DNA of 64,000 nucleotides, from assembly GCA_012295275.1 (NCBI GenBank), contig CM022665.1, forward strand, positions 2,356,001-2,420,000, in the 5' to 3' direction. The notes below the pieces were generated by a model. The model did not search any database. It worked only from the letters and a program-made list of their open reading frames with translations, and was not told the origin of the DNA. This DNA comes from Chrysomallon squamiferum. Its lineage: Eukaryota; Animalia; Mollusca. The position numbers and the translations under genes were made by a program. Below are positions 1 through 61,035 of this stretch, one piece after another (the first letter of the stretch is position 1; each line of letters starts with the position of its first letter).

Positions 1-354
1 TAACTTTAATCCAAGTGTACTAGTATGAAAGAATATGATTGAACTAGGCAGTTATTTTATTACTTATTACAATAAAAATAATTCAGATGGTATCACTTAA
101 AGACAGTGAAATTCTAGAGATGTTTTATGTTCATCATTCTTAAACAATAAAATCAAATCTTTACTTCAGATAAAATGTATTATTAAATTCACCACACTTT
201 TAAAACAGAAATATCCTTTTAGCAGCATTCAAAAGGCTAACTATCACGATAATGCCAAAAAATTCCAACTTCCCAGACATGTTAATGATCTAACCAGATA
301 TTTCAAATGAAAAATGTATTTACACCTTTTAAGATATCTTATCTTTTACTTTAC

Positions 355-432
355 CTGTTTAATATATGCCATCCACTTAGGTAAAGAGAGAAATGAACTC
401 TGGCTAGTGATATCATATACAACCATTATACC
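355..432 (-). CDS. RAB15: Rab15-like GTPase, coding exon 4 (gene continues beyond left edge)
   Basis: aatag| GIMVVYDITSQSSFLSLPKWMAYIKQ |gtaaag; 78 nt; RabF5-like VVYDIT; phase fits exon 3. Confidence 0.9.
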
Positions 433-738
433 CTATTAAGAAACAGTTTCATATATATATATATATATATATACATACACACACAACACAATATTATTGA
501 TGCTACTACTACTAAATAATTATTAAATAATGAGAAAATAAGAAAGAAATGAAAATACAAATCTGTTTTAAAATCTATAACATATTATAACATGCTGTAA
601 AAGAAAATTAATAACAATGATGAAATAGTTTCAGGTAAAAGGTACTTTTAAAATGCTAGTAGTTAAAAAAAAAAAAAAAAAAGGTTTATTTATACAAAAA
701 TAATAATTATGAGACTGAAAGAAAAGACAATTATTTAC

Positions 739-799
739 CTGTGCTCTCCGATAAAACTGCTTTGTTATAGCTTCAAATCTTTCTTGGCCAGCTGTGTCC
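739..799 (-). CDS. RAB15: Rab15-like GTPase, coding exon 3
   Basis: catag| (W)DTAGQERFEAITKQFYRRAQ |gtaaat; 61 nt; G3 box; ITKQFYRRAQ resembles Rab15 ITKQYYRRAQ. Confidence 0.92.
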
Positions 800-1045
800 C
801 TATGATAAAAGATTATACAATATATATTTTAATTTATTTCTTTTACATAAATATTACAGGGTTGTTTTTTTTTAAATATTTATTTAAATAACAATGATAA
901 TTAATTTTTTTGTCATAAAAAAAATAAAATGATATGTTCACATAGGAGAGAACACAAAAACAGTTTGTTAATTTTGAGAATGCAGGAAGCTCAATTAAAA
1001 GTACGGGCACAAATAAGACAAAGGTATATTCTATTTATAACTCAC

Positions 1046-1106
1046 CAGATCTGTATTTTAATTATTCGACCATCAATTTCAATAGTTCTCACTTTAAAAT
1101 CAACAC
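1046..1106 (-). CDS. RAB15: Rab15-like GTPase, coding exon 2
   Basis: gtag| (G)VDFKVRTIEIDGRIIKIQI(W) |gtgagt; 61 nt; RabF1/RabF2 motifs. Confidence 0.92.
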
Positions 1107-1436
1107 CTACATAAATGCAAGACAATACAGAAAGTCATCAGTTGAAATTATTTCTTACTAACACAGTCCTAATATATTACAATATCTTTGTTTTAATTTT
1201 AGCTTTTGGTATTTTATTTACAATGATGATAAATATTACGTGATACATAATATTACAAAGTTCACAGTTTTCATTTTATAAAACAAATATTTAAAACATC
1301 TTTTTTAATAGCAATACTCATTTTTATGCTTTTATTTATTTTATTATTTTGTATTGCTCAAGTTTGCTATAGTATAAATATTTTAATTACTTCAACTCAT
1401 TTCATGTAACAAAGGTACTGAAATACAAATTTTTAC

Positions 1437-1563
1437 CTATTGTTGAAACATGGTCATTACTGAACTGGTCATGTGCATATCGACAGATCAAACATGTCTT
1501 TCCCACACCTGTGTCACCAACCAGTAGAAGACGAATTAAACTATCGTACATCTTCACAGACAT
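1437..1563 (-). CDS. RAB15: Rab15-like GTPase, coding exon 1
   Basis: MSVKMYDSLIRLLLVGDTGVGKTCLICRYAHDQFSNDHVSTI(G)|gtaaaa; P-loop GDTGVGKT; RLLL and CL.CR pattern recalls Rab15 within the Rab8/10/13/15 group; acceptor ttttag| lies upstream (exon starts 1595). Confidence 0.9.
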
Positions 1564-4500
1564 TCTGTTTTTTTACATGTAATCTTCGCAAACATCTAAA
1601 ACAGTAAATAATTATCAAAACTGTACTTGATTTTTCTATTTTATTCAAGCATTGCCATTTATTATTTCATTCTGACAAATGATTCAAGATCTGAAATAAA
1701 ATCAAATGCGTGGACTGAAATTATGTAGACAGTTTGCCCAAATTAAAATTGAAATGAAGAATTATACAGTTAAACTCCTCTAAACCAAATGCTCTGTAAC
1801 CCAAGATTTAACCACTGAAAATATACACCTCAAATCCAGAAACCCCTTCCACTCTGTATTTTCAATACTCTCTCTAATCCCACTGTTTATTAAATACAAA
1901 TTTTACATCCAAAAACTAAACGATCAAAAAGGTGCAAAGTAGGTTGCTTATCTACACCAAACCTGTTAGCTGTCAAAAAGGTTGTAAAGGGTGTCAAATA
2001 TCAGTTATCCTTTGAAAAGCTATCACCATTCAATTAACTCCTTTATGTTTGTAACAGAAATAAACATTATCAATGAACAGCAATTTGTCACCGTTTGTAC
2101 CTAATACATTTAGTAAATGACCTGCAAAGCATTAATGAATTTAATACACTGCATTTTGTTCCTATTCCACAATGTTCATTTATCCAATTAAGTAATTCAG
2201 AGTTTATAGTGATAAATTTTGAAGTTATGTTAATAACATTTCATTTCCATAATCTGTTTCTTGAACCCTCAGTAAGCCAAAAAACTCTCATATGTTAGAG
2301 GAATATCACTGCACATATAAAATTTGACCCATAGTTGAAAATTACCAAATTGTTTGTTTTGTTTGGGTTTTATTTTTTTGTTGTTTTTTGTTTCTGTTTT
2401 CCAAAGTAGTTCAGTTCATAACTTTTTAAAAAATATATATATATTCATTTTAACTGAAGCTGAAAATGTATCTGTATTTTGTGTACTAATTAAAAATTTT
2501 AAAAGTTACATTACTTTTTGTCATTGTATTTATTTTGTCTTAGCAAAATTTAATATGAATACCAAAAATTACAATACTGAAAATATTGTATTTAATTTCA
2601 GTCCATTATACGTTTATTATTATACACTTTATTTTCGCTACATTATAATTATTTATAAAGTTAAATATAGAACAATAATATTTCACTTTAGTTATCTTCC
2701 GTTTTAATGCACTAAAAATAAATTACTTCACAACATAAACATTTTAAAAGAAAATTAAAACACTTTCAATCAAACAATTTTAAAATTTGAAACTAATTCA
2801 AAGTGATGACTATTTTGGCGTGTATGTGTGTGTGCGTGTGTGTTCATGTGTTTAAATTCTGCTGTAGAAGTACTGAAATGAATTTATAACTTCAAAGCCT
2901 TCATAATAATAATAAAGTAAAAATCCTATCACTGACAAGTAACAAGCAATTCGCTGATAAGCACAGTTGATACTGTGAATGACAGGTTACATCGAGACAA
3001 AGTAAATAAAGTTTTAAGTGCGAATCATCAACCTTTACAAGTTCATTGAATATTAGACGTTCATGTTGTTAGACTGATTTTTCAAACCAAGCCGCTCAGA
3101 TTATTTGACCGAAAACCAGTTAAACATTGTCAAATTTCTGCAAACGTTAATAAATTAACTATATACACCAGCTCATTAATGGGTTGTTTATTAATTTAAT
3201 TTAATTTAATTTATTATTATTTATATTTATATATCTTATTTATTTTTAATTTAGTAACAAAGCTTTTTCTTCATTAATATTACTACTAACAGTAACTGAG
3301 TAAGACAATAAGAGGCGATTCAATGCTCATTTAATTTCTATTAGTTTTTGTGGTTTGTACAAGTACAAAATTTAATGCCTAATATGGTTTGTATACATTT
3401 TAAGTATTTTTAGTTTCTCATGATCACTGGTTACTTAAAATTCCCAAAGTAATAATAATAAGAATCCAAGGTAGCATTTTATTGCGTTATTTCGCGCCAA
3501 GGAAGCTCAACAAAAAGTCCTGATGACTTGAGTACATGTTTACATACATTTCTTTAGGCTTTTTTTTTTTTTTTTTTTTTTATTTATTGATAAATTAACA
3601 AAGACTGGTCACTAGAAATGCATAAATATATTTAGGACATTATCACATAATACTATAATCATGTTTGAATATTTTTCATTAGTTAGTTTAAAAGCAAAAG
3701 CAGATATTTATATCTAACACACACACTGAAGTAAATGCATTCTAGAATCACCACTGCTGTTAGTGCTGTACTACTTACATATAGTTCATATTCATTTTGT
3801 TATTATTACATTTAAAAAAAAAACACAATAAAAACAAAACCTACATTTTGTATAAATATATATATATATATTTATTTCACAATAATACACTGTGATATAG
3901 CACAACAGAAATTTGCTTATAAAAAAGACATCACAAAACAAATGTACAATATAGATATATATAAAACAAAATCTGATATAAACGAAAATAATGGACGGAA
4001 TGTATTAATTAAAATAAAAATATATCACCTTTAAATGGGCATATAGTAAATCTGAAGCTCATTTTAAAATACAATATTAAGACAAAATAACCAATCTAAT
4101 AATTTCCATTCTTCATATGAAATTTTTTTTTTTCAATTATGCAGAATTTCTGCCTGAGAGGTTATAATTACATACTCATAATTAATTGTGAAGACTAAAA
4201 CTAAAAATAAATTTGTATCTTTCAATCTTTAGTCTTGTCAATCTAGAAATACTATTTTAAACACAAGTACAAATGAAAATATAAAATATCTTCAACATTT
4301 TCATATTTTCCCCTGACAGTGAATCAGAATGTATCATTTAGAAAATAAAGACAGATATGAAGTAATAAGCATTTATAATCATGCTTTAAAACAGAAGACA
4401 ATGTATTTTCATATCAACATAATTTTCATAAAGTGTATACACTAACAAAAAAATAAGTCTTCCAGCCCATAAATAAGCATGTCTTCCTCACTCTTGTAGA

Positions 4501-4647
4501 AACGTATATTATAAAATAATTTAAAAATTAAACAGTTTGGTCAGTACACAAAGACCACTGGACTAGTATAAAAGTCTATGTAATCTACATCTGGCATGAG
4601 TCTCAATATTTTTAAAGTGTTGAGTCTGTTTCACAGATGTAACTTAC

Positions 4648-4693
4648 TTGATTTGCACACCGAAGCAATGAGTAATACTTTCTCAAACGCATC
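4648..4693 (-). other. Candidate 46-nt internal 5'-UTR exon (Rab15 leader?)
   Basis: ttaacag|GATGCG...AATCAA|gtaagt: canonical acceptor and consensus donor on the - strand between the PH gene and Rab15; no transcript support available. Confidence 0.4.
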
Positions 4694-5397
4694 CTGTTAA
4701 ATAATGGACCAAAAACATTCGCTTTATAGCTAGTGATCTTCTGTATATGATCTCTCTAATTATTATATACTGATACATGTAGTTAAATATATAATATTTC
4801 ATCATTCATTTATCCATAAAAATATGGAGTGCAATTTAATATATACAAAATAATTTAACTGATAAATAGGCTTATGAATTCTAACCTATATTACTGAATA
4901 TTTTGATATTTGAACTAAGGTAGTGATTATTAAATTTAAAAATATTACTGTAAGAATTATTTATCTCTAAAATAATTATTAAAGTGATAAAACTGCAATA
5001 TTATTTTGTCTCTTAAAATTATGCTAATCTTGCATTATTTAAAAAAAAAAGAGGAACAATTTTTTTTTTTTTTTTTTTTTTTATGAGAATACACTTTTGG
5101 GAGATATACAAAATATGTATGTATGACAAGTTTTTAACTTTGTTTGGTGATTCAAAATCAGTACCAGTAATGAAGTAAATGTTTGTGTATTCAAATGTGG
5201 CCAGCATTTCTTTATAAATATCAAACATTTCATGATAACATAATTATTCCATTTCTTCATTTCAGTTGTCTTTGTATAAATATAAAATATTACATTTGTC
5301 CTCTTGACTATATATAATGTACTCATATTTGTAAAAGGTAATATGAGGCCTATTAGGCCTACCCAAACCAAAATGGATAAATACTTAAGTGTATATA

Positions 5398-5616
5398 CTA
5401 TTGTATTATACAGGCTTGTGAGTTATCTCCCTGAACTCCTCTGGCTAAGTAAATGGCCTGCATCCATTCCTGCTTCCCTTCTTCATTTTCTGCATTCAAG
5501 TAATGTAAACGTCCATTGTCTTTACTTTTAATACGAAATGCAAACTGCTTCCCATCAATATCTGTTTCTGTTACCAATGCTCCTTCTAATAATATTTTCT
5601 TCTTGAGTGATGATTC
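5398..5616 (-). CDS. PH-domain/CaaX small protein, exon 2
   Basis: ttttcag| ESSLKKKILLEGALVTETDIDGKQFAFRIKSKDNGRLHYLNAENEEGKQEWMQAIYLARGVQGDNSQACIIQ* ; PH C-terminal helix (LNAEN..GKQEWMQAI); ends in CIIQ; not in the ORF track. Confidence 0.88.
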   Translation of the reverse strand, partial: ESSLKKKILLEGALVTETDIDGKQFAFRIKSKDNGRLHYLNAENEEGKQEWMQAIYLARGVQGDNSQACIIQ

Positions 5617-5953
5617 CTGAAAATAATTTTAGTAAAATATAAAATATGTACTTACAAGTTAGAAATAATTTTTGGAAATTCAAACAATGTCTTTGCAATT
5701 TGGGATATGATGATGATGATAACCATAATAATAAAGAATCAGAGTTCCATTTAACAGTCTTTTTCGAAATCACTATATTTGATAAGCAAAATAAATAAAT
5801 CTACACCCTATTTCCACAATTCATCCTGTTATTTATGTCAAGTTGGTAGACCAGACCTAAGCTGCACATTTATCCACTGTATATATCTAAAATAAAAGAC
5901 CAATGACTCTCCCGCCGCTTATAGCAAACTCACTGAAAATTGTAAACGCATAC

Positions 5954-6133
5954 CTCTGATGCCTTGCCATACAAGAGCACATCTTTCCTCAGCTGAAACC
6001 AACGACGTCGCCAACGGTGAGACAAGCGGCCTCTCTTCATCAACCACCCAGATAACGGACCTGAATCGGTTTTGTTGGGCGTTTCCTGACCCTGACATTC
6101 TCCGGAATCGCCATGTTCGTTACCCAAACTCAT
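5954..6133 (-). CDS. PH-domain/CaaX small protein, exon 1
   Basis: MSLGNEH...LSGWLMKRGRLSHRWRRRWFQLRKDVLLYGKASE|gtatgc; classic PH beta1-beta3 signature (GWLxK...WRRRWFxL...LxY); phase 0 joins exon 2. Confidence 0.88.
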
Positions 6134-8399
6134 TTTATCCTTTTGTACTATTGTGCATCGGTAAACAAAATACAAATAAACACTTTATTACCGAACATGT
6201 AACATAAACTCAAGCTTACCAATCTATATTTCGCAGACAAGTTCATGCGTAAAGTGTTTTCATACTATCATCTAAACAACTAGTTGTATGTGGCATAGAC
6301 CTCAACTGAAACTACCAACATAAGTTAATTTTTTTTTTTTTTTCCCCCTTTGTCCACAGGTGCTGAAGAAAAAGTAAAATGATATAGTTATTGCATATTA
6401 TTATTGCTAGTAAGCAGGGACTATGTTTGGCAGAGGTTCTGTTCTACACCCTAAAAGTCATACCCAGTTTAAATAATATAAAGTGTATATATGTTGTATC
6501 ATATAATGATCTCTAATAATAACCTGGGTTGTATTCTCGTTTAACTGTCAAACTATTATCATTATTCTATTATCAGATATCATTATTCAATTATTTATTT
6601 TTATTATCTCATTATCTATTATCATAATCTTCAAAACAGAATTTAACACTCATAAATTGTTCAAAGTATTGCAAATGGGTACGAATCAAAACTATACTTA
6701 TATACAGACAAACACCCACATAAAGGAAAAAATCCATCAGTAATAACTTGGTTAGAATAATCAACAAACAAGTTTGGATTGATATACTGAATAAAGAACT
6801 TACATTTTAAAATATTATTTTGTCTTATATCAGTAAATGGAATGGTCAGGCCAAAATTAGTTTTATGTATCAAAAAGATGCTTTTTTCTAGTGATCAGTA
6901 CATACCACCCGTTTAGCAAATAAACATCTATAAATTCTAAATTAGTTTTATGAGTTAATATTTCTCAAGTTCGGGTGGAATTGATATCACAACTTGAAAT
7001 ATTGACTACAAATAATAAAACTGCAATACTAAAAGAAAAAAAATCCATTCCATTGTACATAATTTAAATTCGGTTGTTAATGTTCACTAACAACACAAGG
7101 CTGATCAGACGCTTTTTATAACAACTGCTGCATTATTTGTGCACAAAACCTTTTTACCGTTTTATGTACCTTGCATCTACTACAATTACTAATACTACCA
7201 TTATTAAATAATGATAATATAACTGGGTTGACAACTGACCGAGGAGGCTGAGTAATAGTACAATCGCGCATTCCACGGTTTCTTAAACAATCCATGCAAT
7301 AGAAAAGAAGAACAATTATTTTATAAATCACCTCCATTTCGTAGAATTATCGTGCAAAACAAACAAGAAAAAACCCCCAGAAAATAACATATCTCTATGA
7401 CATCTCTTCTGCCACTGCAACGAAGTTCATAGAAATCCCTAGTTCTGGAGATGTTTCTTTCTGGTAATCTTATTATCAGTTATGTGAACAATTGTATTGC
7501 TGATATTACTATTGTTGCTACTCTTGATTATAACTATTATTACTAGTAATAACATAGCAGCAATAATTTACTAACACCCTTTATCAAAAAGTTTCAAAAG
7601 CTTTTAATTTTAATTAATTTATTATCTTTTGCCTGAAGCAAACCCTGTAGACTATTTATAATCTGGGTACGAGGATTTCGGATGTGGGATGGGTCCAGTT
7701 AATTTTGCATTACATTACATTACTTTAGTTTTATACGATATATGTGGATAATACATATATCGTTTACCATCATCTCTAACAATAACAAGCGTGAGCAATT
7801 GTTTAAACTTTACTCATTTCTCGAAGTCAGATGGTGTTTTGGATGCATACAATGCATTATGGTTGTCACGACATGACCCTTCTTTTTCTGAAATGGGTAG
7901 ACAAAATAAAGAAGGCATGACCCATCCCGCACCGTTTGAGTGGGGTTTATGAAAAGTAGGATAAACGTTACGATAAAACATCACGTCTTGAAACAAATTT
8001 TCCAAATTTTAAATATAACACTTACGATACACTAAAAACTATCAATGCGATGTGCGAATTAGTACCCAGGTAACATAAATTATTTTACATTTTGGGTTAT
8101 TTCACATTTAAAGTAAATATGTAAATCATTATTGTTTACAAAGAAGGGGAATAACAGCACATTTCAAAAGATTATCCATATAACCAATTTGGAAAGTAAC
8201 AATAACGAGGTGATTATTATAGAGGGGTATGTCCCGACCTAATCCTTCACCCCAGGCATCCGTCTATTAAATTATGTTACACATTTTTGCAACCATTATA
8301 TACAAAAGGTTAGAAAGAGGGAGATGGAACATAATTCAAGTGAAATCCGATTTAAATTTAATAATAAACATAATTTAAAGTTATTTATTGTAATTACTC

Positions 8400-9032
8400 T
8401 TTTCTGCTCGTCTTTTGTTTCACAAAACATGACTAGTTGATTCGATAATATTCACGTGCTACCAAAAACCAGCCGCTTGTTTGTCGTAATTAATCCGCAC
8501 ATTGCTTAAAATAAACTCATGTACACGAACAGACATCATCATACCAAACGCATCTGACCACAAACAAAAGACTCGTAACGACAATCGTTAACATTTACAA
8601 TACATAAATGTTTATCAGTATCAACAGCTATTCAACGTTCCCGACATTATAGGCGTTTTCCAGCAATTCGAGCGTAGGCGTCTATTCTCCCCCCATCCCT
8701 GGGTTAATCGTTCTGGCTAGATTTTAAGCAGGAGGAGGAGAGACGACCTGTCGCTCAAAATTCGCGACACACTTTACGACAGAAAAGTAGGTTTCTTGGG
8801 TGCACGGTCTGTTATAGACTTTTTACGATAACAAACTTCTGGTACAGTGGCATGCGAGAGAACGTTAATCTGTTTTAGAGAAACGTGTTAAGGTTAGCGG
8901 CAAACCAGGTGTCAGTCTTATAAAGAGTCAACTGAGTCATTTTCCCATCATTCGGTGTTGACATATGAAGGCAGAAATGTCTGTTTCTGTGTATCAGGGC
9001 GGCTGGTAGTGCGGGAAGAAAGAAAAACAAAA
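8400..9032 (+). promoter_or_regulatory. CpG-enriched promoter/5'-UTR region of PKD
   Basis: Visibly higher CpG density than the surrounding CpG-poor introns, directly upstream of the PKD ATG; boundaries approximate. Confidence 0.5.
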
Positions 9033-60497
<51,465 letters not shown>

Positions 60498-60845
60498 ATG
60501 TGCTTAATCTCCTGCACTCTGTAAAAATCTCTCTCATCTTCCTTCTCCGTGCTCTCTTCATCTCATAGATCTGACATTACCAACTGCATGGTTTGTATAG
60601 ACCCACGTATATATTCTGAAATCTTAGACCATCTGACGCTGTTGTTGATGCTGCTGCTGCTGCTGCTGTTGCTCCTACTGCTGGTGCCGGCTTGGATGAC
60701 TGAGTTTTGTTACTGTAGGTTTTTGGTAAAATGGTCACATGGTGCACACTTTCCTGAGTGCAAAGCTGTTGTGAGGCATGTCTGTTATTGACACTAGATT
60801 TGTGTCACAAACGTTCTGGGATTTTTTCTTTATATATATGTATGT

Positions 60846-60876
<31 letters not shown>

Positions 60877-61029
60877 CATTTTTTTTGTTGTTGTTGTTGT
60901 ATGATCACTTTTATGCACTCTACAATTCCAAGCCTTGATCTCAAGACTGGTTCTGTGTAGACTGATGTGTTTACTATGTACAGCACATCACAGCCTTTAT
61001 TTGATTTTAGAAACTTCAAGTTGAAGCTC

Positions 61030-61035
61030 AATAAA
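61030..61035 (+). terminator. Candidate PKD polyadenylation signal
   Basis: First AATAAA I see after the stop codon; weak evidence in AT-rich DNA. Confidence 0.3.

Noticed and set aside
5346-5360. Small palindromes (aggccta-t-taggcct; also tagcatgaa-c-ttcatgcta at ~28529)
   Set aside because: 7-9 bp stems are expected by chance in 64 kb
1563-6133. PH-Rab fusion protein via exons 5954->4693 and 4648->1595
   Set aside because: The frame matches the Rab ATG, but an in-frame TAA occurs just upstream of it (…EDYM*)
7116-8005. Minus-strand ORFs 7116-7337 and 7814-8005 as a gene
   Set aside because: No recognisable domain and no convincing in-phase splice chain on that strand
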